A stretch of DNA of 61,779 bases from Candidatus Curtissbacteria bacterium (GCA_030647775.1 JAUSJC010000004.1:1-61779), one strand, 5' to 3'; counted from the stretch's first letter, positions 35,670 to 45,734 are shown. Notes: generated by a model not told the origin, from the sequence alone. Numbers and translations: made by a program.

Positions 35670-35730
35670 CTTCCTCCACTTCGCATTGGCAGTCTTTGCA
35701 GCATCCACATTTGCATTCGCATTTTTTCAT
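35656..35730 (-). CDS. Cysteine-rich 24-aa micro-ORF (MKKCECKCGCCKDCQCEVEEDAKD) overlapping the sufC start
   Basis: ATG lies 3 nt after GGGAGGTGA. 7 Cys in 24 residues. Its stop overlaps sufC codons 1-5 in another frame. Confidence 0.4.
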   Translation of the reverse strand: MKKCECKCGCCKDCQCEVEEDAKD

Positions 35731-35770
35731 AAGATCACCTCCCTAGCTTTTAACTTTGAAACTTTAAGCA

Positions 35771-35968
35771 TTATTCGCCTCTTTCCCCAGATATAATCAA
35801 TGCTTCAAAATTCGCCTTTGTTCCGGGAATCTTCTTAAGTGGCTCCTCTTTCAAAATAGATTCTCCTTCTGACGCTTCAATTTCCATTCGTTGACCTTCT
35901 GCCGATAAAAATGGCAATAATTGTGCCCGCCTTCTGGCCGCTTGAATAATTCTTTGATTCCTATTCAT
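35771..35968 (-). CDS. Hypothetical 65-aa ORF between the Rrf2 gene and sufC
   Basis: Starts directly after the Rrf2 stop. No motif recognised, so it could be spurious. Confidence 0.25.
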   Translation of the reverse strand: MNRNQRIIQAARRRAQLLPFLSAEGQRMEIEASEGESILKEEPLKKIPGTKANFEALIISGERGE

Positions 35969-36355
35969 CTATCTCACCGCCAAATCCGCAACCGTTTTTT
36001 TGCCGATTGTTGCCTCAAGTTGTTTTTTGACATCTTTCCACATATCGCCCGCACCGCAATTACACTCATGGTCATCTTCAAAACATTTCCCTTCTACCAA
36101 TTCCCCATCTAAAAGTTTCAAAACGTCCAAAAGTTTAATTTCGTTAGGTTTTTTGGCCAAAGAATACCCCCCGTTTACACCTTCGCGCGACTTCAAAATC
36201 CCGGCGCGCTTAAGCTCACTTGCTATTTGCGATAAAAATTTAGAGGAAATTTCGTTTTTCTTGGCTACCTGCGCCACCGAAACCGGAGTCTTACTCTTTG
36301 ATAAGCGGGAGAGCAGAATCAAACCATAATCAGCCTTTTGCGAAAGTCTAAACAT
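35969..36355 (-). CDS. Rrf2 family transcriptional regulator (IscR/SufR-like)
   Basis: MFRLSQKADYGLILL wHTH N-terminus. Cys cluster CFEDDHECNCG. Confidence 0.85.
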   Translation of the reverse strand: MFRLSQKADYGLILLSRLSKSKTPVSVAQVAKKNEISSKFLSQIASELKRAGILKSREGVNGGYSLAKKPNEIKLLDVLKLLDGELVEGKCFEDDHECNCGAGDMWKDVKKQLEATIGKKTVADLAVR

Positions 36356-36437
36356 ATAATAAATTGCTAAACGCTGAATGACTAACGACTAACGCATGAA
36401 TTTTTAAGCTTTAGTCGTTTAGCGTTTGACGTTAAGC

Positions 36438-36456
36438 GTAGTAGTGAAACTACTAC
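36438..36456. promoter_or_regulatory. Candidate operator GTAGTAGT-GAA-ACTACTAC upstream of the Rrf2 gene
   Basis: Perfect 8-3-8 inverted repeat about 85 nt upstream of the start codon. Confidence 0.3.
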
Positions 36457-36499
36457 AAACTTAGTGGTAGTTTACCGAAAAGAAGACTTGAAGTCAAGG

Positions 36500-36826
36500 C
36501 TAAAACCGCTCCTTCATTCCAGACCCCATATAGATGCTATTTCTTGAAATTAACATTTCCTCCGTCATTCTTCTTACCTCCTCTTCACTTTCCTGTGGAT
36601 ATCTAAAATGTAATAGTTCATGAATTATATCGTCTTCTTTAAGTCTCCTAGTCGTATATATCCTGACTATTTCACCATCCACCATGCCACCAACAAGTGC
36701 TGCTCCCGCATTGCCATTCTCATTGGTAACTTGCATAGGGTCAACCGCAACCACTTGAACAACATACCGTTCAAGTCGAAGTGCCTCTCTCCAAAATAAT
36801 ACCTTTCGGTAAACTCGATTTCCCAT
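36500..36826 (-). CDS. Small HExxH protein (putative SprT/DUF45-like metallopeptidase fold)
   Basis: IIHELLHFRYP motif. The true start may be internal (MQVTNENG). Confidence 0.35.
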   Translation of the reverse strand: MGNRVYRKVLFWREALRLERYVVQVVAVDPMQVTNENGNAGAALVGGMVDGEIVRIYTTRRLKEDDIIHELLHFRYPQESEEEVRRMTEEMLISRNSIYMGSGMKERF

Positions 36827-36844
36827 AATTTTGGACAGATTAAA

Positions 36845-37843
36845 TTATTCCTGTGCCTCGAGCCAGCGTTCGGCCTCCATTGCCGCCTGGCATCCAAATC
36901 CTGCTGCGGTTACTGCCTGCTTATAGTGGTAATCATGCACATCCCCCGCCACAAAAACACCATCAACCGATGTCATCATCCCGTAGGCATCCGAAGGTCC
37001 TGAGCTTGCTATAGCAGTGAGCTTGTCGAACTGTCGAACTGTCGAAGGATTACCTTTAATCATTTTTTTAACGTATCCCTTTTCATCCAGCTCCAACTGG
37101 CCCTTAAAAATCTTCGTCATCGGCGAGTGACCAATCGCCAAAAACATTCCATCGATGGGCATCTCCTGCTCTTTTCCGTCTTTGACATTCTTGATCTTCA
37201 CTCCAATCACCTTATCCTGTCCTAAAACATCGACAACCACGGTATTGGTGATAAAAGAAATCTTGGCATTTTTCTTGGCGCGCGCAAGCATTATTTTGGA
37301 TGCCCGAAACTCATCGCGCCGGTGAATTATCGTCACATCGGTTGCAAACTTGGTTAAGGTCAAAGCCTCCTCCATCGCGCTATCTCCGCCGCCGACGACA
37401 ATCACCTTTTTATCCTTGAAGAAAAACGCGTCGCAAGGCGCACACGAAGAAACGCCATGACCAATTAACCTTTGCTCGTTTGGTAAACCCAGCCAGTTAG
37501 TCTCGGCTCCGGTTGCGATAATCACAGCTTTTGATTGATATGTCTTATCCCCTGCCGTAACTGAAAATGGCCTTTGAGAAAAATTAACAGCGCTAACTTC
37601 CAAATCTAAAATCTCTGCCCCAAACCGCTCGGCCTGGTCGCGGAACTTCTTCATCAGATCCGGTCCCAAAATTCCTTCGGGGAATCCCGGATAGTTTTCC
37701 ACATCGGTTGTCAGCATCAACTGCCCACCCCATTTACCTCCGCCTGTTAAAACCAAAGGCGCCAAGTTTGCCCGCGCATTGTAAAGCGCCGCGGTTAACC
37801 CGGCAGGACCACTTCCTATAATAATGACATTGTAAGATTTCAT
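36845..37843 (-). CDS. trxB: Thioredoxin-disulfide reductase
   Basis: IIGSGPAG, CAPCD redox site, VVGGGDSAMEEA, VFVAGDV. Has an extra segment encoded by gtcgaactgtcgaactgtcgaa repeats. Confidence 0.9.
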   Translation of the reverse strand: MKSYNVIIIGSGPAGLTAALYNARANLAPLVLTGGGKWGGQLMLTTDVENYPGFPEGILGPDLMKKFRDQAERFGAEILDLEVSAVNFSQRPFSVTAGDKTYQSKAVIIATGAETNWLGLPNEQRLIGHGVSSCAPCDAFFFKDKKVIVVGGGDSAMEEALTLTKFATDVTIIHRRDEFRASKIMLARAKKNAKISFITNTVVVDVLGQDKVIGVKIKNVKDGKEQEMPIDGMFLAIGHSPMTKIFKGQLELDEKGYVKKMIKGNPSTVRQFDKLTAIASSGPSDAYGMMTSVDGVFVAGDVHDYHYKQAVTAAGFGCQAAMEAERWLEAQE

Positions 37844-38192
37844 AAAAACCCGCTTGCCGAGAGAATAAGCTCTCTTTTTCTCGACCTGATCGAGAATCCA
37901 TACATAGATCCTGAATCAAGTTCAGGATGACATTACTTCTCGCTTCACTCGAAGAATACTATTATATCCTTTATTTGAAATATTGTTTTCATTTTATGAA
38001 ACGTCTTAAATTCATTTAAAATTAAAAACTAAAAATTTCAAATTTTTGGAAAATTTTGTCGGTGTATAAAATATTTACCCGGATTTCAGCCTTTTTCGAG
38101 CAAAAATAGATCACTATTGACGGGTTTCAGTACGCCCGTCATAAAATGTTCGTCGTCTAGACCCGCAATCGAGTTTACTCGATGAGGATCGC

Positions 38193-38471
38193 ATGGCACT
38201 GTATCAACAAATGCAAACCTTAATCCGCAATATTCTTGTTTCTACTGCCGCGCTGGCAGTTTTTGCTGCTCCGGCCTTCGCCCAAAGCTCAACCGAGACT
38301 GCTACTCCATCATCTGTCGTAACTTCCGGCTTTGATAAAAACACCGCTCTGGTCATTTTAGTTGTAGTTGCCTTAGTGATTATCGCCGCCTGGTGGTACA
38401 CCAAAGAAGAAGACGAAGCCGAAGGTACTGAGCAAAGTCGAAGTAAAGAAACACAAAGAAAAAAGCGGTGA
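38193..38471 (+). CDS. Small secreted/TM protein
   Basis: Signal-like AALAVFAAPAFA, a second TM, acidic tail. Lies inside an inverted-repeat-flanked segment. Confidence 0.4.
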   Translation: MALYQQMQTLIRNILVSTAALAVFAAPAFAQSSTETATPSSVVTSGFDKNTALVILVVVALVIIAAWWYTKEEDEAEGTEQSRSKETQRKKR

Positions 38472-38763
38472 GGGAAAGATCCCGCCGCCATTAGTATTCT
38501 TCGAGCGAAGCGAGAAGTTCTCACTATCGTTCGAACATTAACAAGAAAATAGAATTTTCACCCGTCTGAATTTTTGACAAACAAAAATTTGGTCGGGTAA
38601 ACAGAAGCCGATCGCGTTTGACGTCGGCTTTTGTTTTGGAAAAAAACTACAATATAACTATGAATCAAGAACATTCTCTGCATTGTATTCAACACAGGTG
38701 TTCGGATCCCATCTAGAACTTACGATATCGGAAATTATATCTTAAATCGGTTAAAATAAGATT

Positions 38764-39984
38764 GTGGAATCACACGAAATCCCAAAAATAGCGGGGCAGG
38801 AATTTACTTCTCGCCCTAACCCTGATTTCAAAACACAGACTTGCTTTATGACTCTTCGGGAGATAAATAAGCAAAAACCTGAAATTGCCCCCGATATGCA
38901 AACAATTTTAGAGGAGATCGAAAGGCAAAGCATCGATAATTTCGCTATTTACGAATCGAAAGAATTCCCTGGTGTTGCGTTTAGCTATACAAAACTTACT
39001 GTTACACCTGAAATAGTCAAAAAAATAGCAGGTGAAAATTACAGGCTTCCGGATAGTAACCCTCAAGACCAGAACCCCGAAAATAGGGTAATTTTCGAGT
39101 TCGGCGTTTTCACCCCACCTCCAAATGGTCATGCACTTAGCCTCCTCGACATGCCCATCGACCGCTTTATTCGAAACATTCCAAAAGTATTTCACACAAA
39201 GGAAGGCCATATACCACCAACAATTGACATTTACGCACTAGGAAGCCCAATAGGCTATGGTGGTACGGTCACACCAGAATATCTAGAAGCGCTAATTAAA
39301 AACGGACTTGAGGCAAACGGACGCATATATGGCGAGTTCATGAATGAAAAATTAAGAGATCTAGACCCAAAAAACACGCATGTTCTAGCCCAAGGAGCAT
39401 CTATGGGAGCTATTAATGCAGATCAGGCGGTACTACATTTACTGCCAGATTTTAAAGAACAAACCCAGGTTCTTCTCGACGTACCTGCAGGTCACCACAA
39501 CCCAAAACTCGTAAATCGATTAAAGGGTTTGCAAACCGCCGTCATGTTTGGAGCTGAAACGGGTACCAGAATGTTATTTGACCCAAAAATGAAAGGTCTG
39601 GGGAACCGGACAAAAAAATTATATCAATACTTGTCACAAGCAAAAAACATACCCGCCGACGGATCAGACCAAACGAGACTAAAATGGAGATGTCTTTACG
39701 AAACTGGTTTAAAACTTGTTAAAGGAAGTCCCCTGGAAGAATCCCAACGACACTTCATAAGAGCCGGCATTTATGACCCTCTTACAACCGGACCAAAGAG
39801 ATTTTTTGACACTTATAGGCGATGGAATAAGAACATAGTTTTTAAAGGAATTGGTCATTCTCTAGAGTTTCCAATAGCAACAACTCATTTCTGGTTCTAC
39901 ACACAAAGGTTCAATAGGTGGGAACGGATAATTAAAAATTGTAAGGGAATAAAGGAAACTAAAAAACTATTTCCTGAACTGTAG
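38764..39984 (+). CDS. Hypothetical protein with GxSxG (AQGASMGA), possible alpha/beta hydrolase
   Basis: 406-aa ORF with a GTG start. The only motif seen is the nucleophile elbow. Confidence 0.4.
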   Translation: MESHEIPKIAGQEFTSRPNPDFKTQTCFMTLREINKQKPEIAPDMQTILEEIERQSIDNFAIYESKEFPGVAFSYTKLTVTPEIVKKIAGENYRLPDSNPQDQNPENRVIFEFGVFTPPPNGHALSLLDMPIDRFIRNIPKVFHTKEGHIPPTIDIYALGSPIGYGGTVTPEYLEALIKNGLEANGRIYGEFMNEKLRDLDPKNTHVLAQGASMGAINADQAVLHLLPDFKEQTQVLLDVPAGHHNPKLVNRLKGLQTAVMFGAETGTRMLFDPKMKGLGNRTKKLYQYLSQAKNIPADGSDQTRLKWRCLYETGLKLVKGSPLEESQRHFIRAGIYDPLTTGPKRFFDTYRRWNKNIVFKGIGHSLEFPIATTHFWFYTQRFNRWERIIKNCKGIKETKKLFPEL

Positions 39985-40711
39985 ACTTAACCTTCACAAT
40001 CCCACTTTCAATTGTCTTTACACCCTTCTTCCCTACCTCCAAAGACTCTACCTTAGAAATCACCTTTCCCGGGACTGCTCTAATTTCTGTTGGCATGTTA
40101 AATCCAACCACAATGGCAAGTACTGCCAAAATCACAAATGACATAAGAGCAGGAACAACAATGTACCTTGAATTAGGAATAACCAGTTTGTTCAATACCC
40201 CCTTTTCGTTATCTACACGAGCCTCCTCAAACGTCCCTTCGGCAATCTCTCTTTGTACGCGCTCTAGTGCACCCAGAAGAATTGCCTGTGTCCTTACCTC
40301 AATGACTCTTCCAAAAAAGAAGTCCATAAACGTATTCTGACAAATCAATACTTTTATTTTTACCTTAGTTTTATCCCCAACAGAAGTAATGTTAATGTTT
40401 TGAATTATCTCTCCTCCAAATGGCAAATTAATCTCTTGCTTAACCTCTTTGTTTGGTACAATTTTAACAATTTTGTGCTTAACCTTTATAGGAAAATATA
40501 AGATGGTTGAAATATCCCACCAGGAGCTTCCAACTTCAAAGCTGCCGGGGGCTTTTACAAAGTGCACATATTTAAAATATCTCGGATAATTTGAAACATT
40601 TGAGGCAATTTGCCAAAGTCTTATCCTACTAGCCTCAAGGTCTATGACCAGTTGCACTCTTCTTAATTTTATTAGCATGCATTTTTGAAGAATCGCCACC
40701 CAATAAACCAT
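39959..40711 (-). CDS. Hypothetical protein, SRPBCC-like N-domain plus TM
   Basis: WQIASNVSNYPRYFKYV resembles polyketide-cyclase/SRPBCC starts. One TM. Confidence 0.35.
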   Translation of the reverse strand: MVYWVAILQKCMLIKLRRVQLVIDLEASRIRLWQIASNVSNYPRYFKYVHFVKAPGSFEVGSSWWDISTILYFPIKVKHKIVKIVPNKEVKQEINLPFGGEIIQNINITSVGDKTKVKIKVLICQNTFMDFFFGRVIEVRTQAILLGALERVQREIAEGTFEEARVDNEKGVLNKLVIPNSRYIVVPALMSFVILAVLAIVVGFNMPTEIRAVPGKVISKVESLEVGKKGVKTIESGIVKVKSTVQEIVF

Positions 40712-40779
40712 TTTCTCTGCGTTTTGCGATTACTCCTCTATATATATCTAAAATCTCGGGGGAAGAATATCAATCCGGA

Positions 40780-42204
40780 CTAAAAGCTGGCTATATTCTC
40801 CTTAACAGTTGTTTCTACCCTACTAACTCCGTTTTTAATCGTGCTTACACTTCTTGTTGCCAAGACTTTTGGATTAATCTTCGCAATTATCTTTGCCGAC
40901 TCGGCATGGATTGTTGTCGGTCCGCCAAAAGCGTAAGCAACAACCATAATCATAACCAGCCCTACCGTCACCAGAGCCGGCACCAAAAACTTATTTGCCT
41001 CTTGGTAACTACCGGCAACTTTTTCTTCTCTTGTACGGTTTGCTACTAATTTTTTATAAAACGATTCATATAACAAACTTACTTTTCCCAAATCATGACT
41101 CTTTGCCATCATCAAACTCTCCCGCGTCATTCTTGCCCTTAATTTATTATCAGAAAATACTTTAATTATCTTATGGCTCAAATCAGAAATATCCCCACTT
41201 TTAAATAAATATCCATTCTTTCCGTTTTTAACCAGCATCGGCAAAGCAACCGCATTGGCAACAATTACGGGCAACCCCGACGCCATTGCCTCCAACGTAG
41301 CAATACTTTGAAGTTCAGCATCTCCAGGCATCACAAACGCATCAGCTGCCTTATACACTTCAGGCAAATCCTTGTCACTAACGTAACCGCTAAATGTCAC
41401 TTTATCCCCTAAATTAAGCTCCCTGACCATTGCGCCAAGCTTTTTCCTAAGTATTCCCTTCCCAACCACAAGAAGCTGAATATCCACTTTTTTGGCAACT
41501 GCCGGCAAAGCCTTAAACAACAAATCAATTCTTTTTTCCTCGTCAAGCCTGCCGACAAAAATCAATACTTTTTTATTCGCAAGTCTATATTTCTTCCTCA
41601 TTTTGCCTCCATCAATTTTCCCGCTAAACCTCTCCAGATTTATGCCGTTTGAAAGCGGTATTACTTCTTTTTTAAAACCAACTTTTTTAAGTACGTCTAC
41701 TGCAATAGTGGTTGGGGTTGTCACCAAATCCAAGTTTTCGTAAACAGCAAACATCTTACTCCACATAAATATACGCACACGGTCGACCAAAAACCCTGGA
41801 ATAGGAAAATAATGGATTAAGTTATCAGGCATAAAGTGATTAGTACCCATAATTGGTAAATCGCGCTCCTTGGCAACTTCAAATACAGCCTTGCCGATTA
41901 TGAAATGGTGATGAATATGCACAACATCCGGCTCAATATTATTGAAATGTTTTCTAACAACCCTCTTTAAAACAGGCAACACAGGCAATCTAAAATCCGG
42001 ATATAGGGGGATCGGAATTGTGGGTACACCGTGTACGATTGCTCCATTGTCTTGCACGTAACTTTCCCCGCCAATGCTTACTCCCGGTGCAAGTATATGA
42101 ACTTCATGTCCCTGCCCAACTAGCTTTCCTGAAAGATGATAAAGAAGAGTCGTTGTACCGTTACTTGCCGGAAAATATGTGTCTGTTGCAAATAAAATCT
42201 TCAT
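40780..42204 (-). CDS. Glycosyltransferase family 4 with C-terminal TM extension
   Basis: MKILFATDTYFP..., GRLDEEKRID, E..G.P..EAMASG.PV motif. Confidence 0.8.
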   Translation of the reverse strand: MKILFATDTYFPASNGTTTLLYHLSGKLVGQGHEVHILAPGVSIGGESYVQDNGAIVHGVPTIPIPLYPDFRLPVLPVLKRVVRKHFNNIEPDVVHIHHHFIIGKAVFEVAKERDLPIMGTNHFMPDNLIHYFPIPGFLVDRVRIFMWSKMFAVYENLDLVTTPTTIAVDVLKKVGFKKEVIPLSNGINLERFSGKIDGGKMRKKYRLANKKVLIFVGRLDEEKRIDLLFKALPAVAKKVDIQLLVVGKGILRKKLGAMVRELNLGDKVTFSGYVSDKDLPEVYKAADAFVMPGDAELQSIATLEAMASGLPVIVANAVALPMLVKNGKNGYLFKSGDISDLSHKIIKVFSDNKLRARMTRESLMMAKSHDLGKVSLLYESFYKKLVANRTREEKVAGSYQEANKFLVPALVTVGLVMIMVVAYAFGGPTTIHAESAKIIAKINPKVLATRSVSTIKNGVSRVETTVKENIASF

Positions 42205-42234
42205 CGCCGCATTATAACATCAAGTAAAGGATCC

Positions 42235-42840
42235 TTAACCCTCCTTCAAAAACTTTTTGAAAACGCGCTTGTTAATAAACCGGTACCCAAAGAAAACTAC
42301 CACGACCACCGGTACAACTACCGCAACAGCCAGTGTCGTGTTATTTAAATACTTATTAATAACCAGATAAGCACCTCCGAAATAAAAACCGACTAAAAGC
42401 CACAGAAGTGATTTTGGCGCCGTTGGTACAAAAACGTAAAATATGTATTTTTTAAACGGTACTTTCGCCGCTCCTGCCGCCACAAGGCTTACCATCTCCA
42501 AACCAATCGCCAATTTACCGAAAAACAAGGTTTTCCCCGGATGTTTTTCAAAATGCTTTTCTAATCTTTCAAAACGACTCATTGTAAAACCAAACCTGTG
42601 CACTATATCCTCTAAACGTTTGTGCCTACTTACCCTCCCCAGCAGGTAAAAAAAACTGTCTCCAATAAAATCCCCCAGCAGTGCCAATAAGTAAACAAAA
42701 AATGGATTTAAAACTCCCAAAGAAACCAAAAAACCTCCAATAATCGTGACAATTGGTCCCTCAACTGTCGCCAGCGGCAAAAAAACCCAATATTTATACT
42801 GCTCAATCAAAACGGGTAAATTCCCAATGGCAATCGGCAT
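42235..42840 (-). CDS. DedA family membrane protein
   Basis: LPLATVEGPIVTIIGGFL and LGDFIGDSFFY signatures. Confidence 0.8.
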   Translation of the reverse strand: MPIAIGNLPVLIEQYKYWVFLPLATVEGPIVTIIGGFLVSLGVLNPFFVYLLALLGDFIGDSFFYLLGRVSRHKRLEDIVHRFGFTMSRFERLEKHFEKHPGKTLFFGKLAIGLEMVSLVAAGAAKVPFKKYIFYVFVPTAPKSLLWLLVGFYFGGAYLVINKYLNNTTLAVAVVVPVVVVVFFGYRFINKRVFKKFLKEG

Positions 42841-42884
42841 GTACCCAATTATACATAAATGAAATTAGCAGTTGGCAAAACGTA

Positions 42885-43367
42885 TTAAACGTGCCGGTCA
42901 GCCACATGCGAAGCACCCCAGGAAGCGGGCTTGGTAGCCACTTTAAAACCGTTAGCCCGAATCATTCCCACAATCTCCGAAATCATTTCTCTTGTCGGCC
43001 CGTTTGGCCCCACATCCACATGAATTTCCAAATTTAAATCGAAAAGTCCCAAGTTGCCAAAATCGGCAACCAGCTTTTCGGCAAGCGTTAGGGAAATTAA
43101 AGCCTCCTGCCAAATTCTTGCCCTAAGCGAATGGAGATTCTCAATCGTTTGCCTTGCCCAGAAATAAACGCCTCCCCGACCCTTCTTGTGGACGATAAGG
43201 GCGCAGACGAAGTCTGCCGTTCCATTCTGCGCCTCCGAATCGGTACCAATTATTACCTCGTAAGAACCTCCGGTATCGGCACCCATAAAAGCAATCATTT
43301 TGGCAAGACTCTCGTCCCACGAAAGCCTCCCGTATGTAGGGCTATTAAAATACTCCGGACTAACCAT
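42885..43367 (-). CDS. YkuK/DUF458-like RNase H-fold protein
   Basis: IIGTDSE...DFVCALIVHKKGRGGVYFW pattern. Confidence 0.5.
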   Translation of the reverse strand: MVSPEYFNSPTYGRLSWDESLAKMIAFMGADTGGSYEVIIGTDSEAQNGTADFVCALIVHKKGRGGVYFWARQTIENLHSLRARIWQEALISLTLAEKLVADFGNLGLFDLNLEIHVDVGPNGPTREMISEIVGMIRANGFKVATKPASWGASHVADRHV

Positions 43368-43429
43368 ATTTAAAGCAAATTTTACCCCTCCACCGTCTCT
43401 AAATCAAACTGGGTGCAACAAAGTTGGCA

Positions 43430-43558
43430 ATCAAAAACATGACGAAGCCGGCTTTTGTAAAAACAACGAGCTACCAAAATGATTACAGCCGGCGGAGGCA
43501 TGAGCGAGGCGAACATTACTAACTAACAAAAGTGAATGTCGGCCGAGCGTTTTTTGAT
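43430..43558. repeat. Family H MITE-like element, copy 2
   Basis: Same termini and internal block as 13170-13301. Confidence 0.6.
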
Positions 43559-43584
43559 GACAATTTGTTACCCCTAGCTCCCCA

Positions 43585-43617
43585 AAAAAAAGATCCCATG
43601 CGCATGGGACCTTTTTA
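43585..43617. terminator. Bidirectional terminator candidate
   Basis: A8, then gatcccatg-cg-catgggac, then T5. Confidence 0.5.
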
Positions 43618-43729
43618 ATACTGGCCAGTACCTTAACTGAAAGGGCTATGACCCTGAATAAATCGGGGTCTACATCCATCGTTGCAAAGAGTATAAGAGC
43701 ATGTCAAGGATGTAAAAAAGTGTCCAATC

Positions 43730-43810
43730 GGGCCGAAGGTCCTGAGTATAGCCGAAGGGCCGAAGGTCCTGAGTTTAGCCGAAGGGCCGAAGGTCTCCTC
43801 AAGTCTGAGC
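43730..43810. repeat. Tandem repeat, period 27 nt (gggccgaaggtcctgagtWtagccgaa), about 2.7 units
   Basis: Direct repeats seen by eye. The track ORFs over it are repeat artefacts. Confidence 0.7.
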
Positions 43811-43922
43811 GACCTCGGAGTCAAAGACCTGAGTGTAATCGAAGGTCGCAGACCCTGAACGAGTTCTGCTTGCAGAACGAGTCGAAGGGTTTCCTCAGTT
43901 TTGTATTTGATACAATGTTAAT

Positions 43923-44183
43923 ATGCTCAAACCTGTTGCCCTGGCCAGTGCTTTCGCCACCGCTACCGTAATTATTTACACTGCTTTTTATGTCCTTCAA
44001 ATATTCGCCCCTCCATTTTTCAAACTAATGTTAAATAGCCAATTTTTAGGCGCCGACCTGGCAGCATCGGTCCCCCCGCCCAGCTTAACCGGTTTCTTGG
44101 GGGTGCAAATTGCCGTCGGGCTGCTCGCCTGGGTCTTTGGCTACCTGCTTGGAAGAATCTATAACCGGCTATCCAGTAAATAA
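43923..44183 (+). CDS. Small membrane protein
   Basis: 86 aa, two TM helices. Confidence 0.4.
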   Translation: MLKPVALASAFATATVIIYTAFYVLQIFAPPFFKLMLNSQFLGADLAASVPPPSLTGFLGVQIAVGLLAWVFGYLLGRIYNRLSSK

Positions 44184-44195
44184 TCTTCTTCTTTT

Positions 44196-45674
44196 CTAAT
44201 CGTAAAATTTTGGACGTTTTATCTTCCACCATTCGGTCATCGTTTTATAAACATTTTCTGTCGATTCATTAAGCCACGCGGAGCTGTCTCCTGTCACATC
44301 CGCTTCCCCGATCTCACTCCAGGTGATCGACCTATCAACAAGCTGACAAACTCCAATCTTTACCCCATCCATGCCGTTTCTACCATCAAAATACATTGAA
44401 TATGAAAGCGGATGCGAAACCAATGCCCCATTGTAAATACAGCCGTAGATATCAAATTTGCCAGTTGGATACTTAGCGTAAATTTCTTTTTTCAAAGAAT
44501 TTATCTGCAAAAGAGTAATACCGCGAGCTTTGAAGTTGTCAATCGTTTGCCTGGCTGTAAAAAACAAAACCGCCGCCAAAAGCACCAAACCAAGTACTTT
44601 TTTGAATCTGTAAACTTCTGCCAAAACCCAAGCCGAAAGGACAATCACCGCCGGATGCGAAAAATGGCTGTAGTAAAAAAATCTTTCACCGCGATAGTAG
44701 CGAAACATCAAAACCGATAGCGCAAAGGCACCGGCCACCAAGAAGAAGTTCTGGTATTTCTTCCATGATTTCAGCTTCAAAAGCGCCAAAACCGATAAAG
44801 AAATAATCAACAAGCCCCCGATAAATTTACTGCCGCCGACTACAGAAGCCCAAGTCTGCGGCCAATAAACCCCGGCATACGTCAGCCATCGGTTAGGCAC
44901 ATAAATACGGTATTGGGCAATCGTCACATAATCGTAAATCCTTCTTGTTTCAAACCACTCAAATCTCAAATCAAAATATAAAAACGGCAGAAGCGGAATA
45001 AAAAACCCAAGAGCCATCGCTGCCAAATTACCAATTTTTGGCCTCGAAGTTACAACCGCCACAAAACATACCGGTAGCAGCAAAACCATTTGGAAATGAA
45101 TCGTGATAGCCATCGAAACAACAAAACCCAAGAAAAAAGCAAAAATGGCGCGTTTCGTTTCAAAAAACCTCACAAGAAGTAAATACGCCAAAAGCGCCAA
45201 GAAAGGATCGGCCGCAGCATTCCAAACCGAAAACGAATTATCTACCTGGGCAGTGGAAACAGCCGCCAAAAGCGCTGCAAAAAAACCCACTCTCCTCCCC
45301 CCAATCTTATTTCCCAGTTGGTAGATAAGATAAACAAAAAGTAGTGAAACCAAAGACATCAAATACCACGGTGTCAAAAGTCCAAACGGGAAAATGTAAA
45401 AAATTTCCAAAATCCAAAGCCACCATGGCCCCGTAAAAAAAGGCGCTTGCGCGAATGGCCCAATCTGCGGAATTAAATGGTTATCAAAAGCATACTTGGC
45501 GGCTTGTACAAAAAGGGCATGATCCGAATAAATATAGACTCTATTAAAGTAGTTGTAGAACCTAAAAAAAATAGCCAGAACAAAAATAAAGGCAAAAGTT
45601 AGATAAAAGACAGGATCTTTAACAAACTGCCTTGAAAGTTTTTTAAACATGGCTAATTTCCTAGATTGTAGCAT
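44196..45674 (-). CDS. ArnT/PMT-like (GT39/GT83-type) membrane glycosyltransferase
   Basis: 492 aa, more than 10 TM helices, followed by a soluble C-terminal domain. Confidence 0.55.
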   Translation of the reverse strand: MLQSRKLAMFKKLSRQFVKDPVFYLTFAFIFVLAIFFRFYNYFNRVYIYSDHALFVQAAKYAFDNHLIPQIGPFAQAPFFTGPWWLWILEIFYIFPFGLLTPWYLMSLVSLLFVYLIYQLGNKIGGRRVGFFAALLAAVSTAQVDNSFSVWNAAADPFLALLAYLLLVRFFETKRAIFAFFLGFVVSMAITIHFQMVLLLPVCFVAVVTSRPKIGNLAAMALGFFIPLLPFLYFDLRFEWFETRRIYDYVTIAQYRIYVPNRWLTYAGVYWPQTWASVVGGSKFIGGLLIISLSVLALLKLKSWKKYQNFFLVAGAFALSVLMFRYYRGERFFYYSHFSHPAVIVLSAWVLAEVYRFKKVLGLVLLAAVLFFTARQTIDNFKARGITLLQINSLKKEIYAKYPTGKFDIYGCIYNGALVSHPLSYSMYFDGRNGMDGVKIGVCQLVDRSITWSEIGEADVTGDSSAWLNESTENVYKTMTEWWKIKRPKFYD

Positions 45675-45734
45675 ACAACTTTCTTCTGCTAGAATCCCAT
45701 TACGCCCATAAGTTGGCTCTTTATATGCCGACTT

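Noticed and set aside
43730-43810. Possible CRISPR array, because of direct repeats of about 27 nt (also the 22-nt repeats at 6667-6735).
   Set aside because: The repeats are contiguous with no unique spacers, there are only 2-3 units, and no cas genes are in the window. They are plain tandem repeats.
43633-43971. ORFs 43633-43824 (minus) and 43648-43971 (plus) as real genes.
   Set aside because: Both are translations of the 27-nt tandem repeat and neighbouring palindromes (RAEGPE.SRRAEGPE...). They have no start context and are mutually overlapping.
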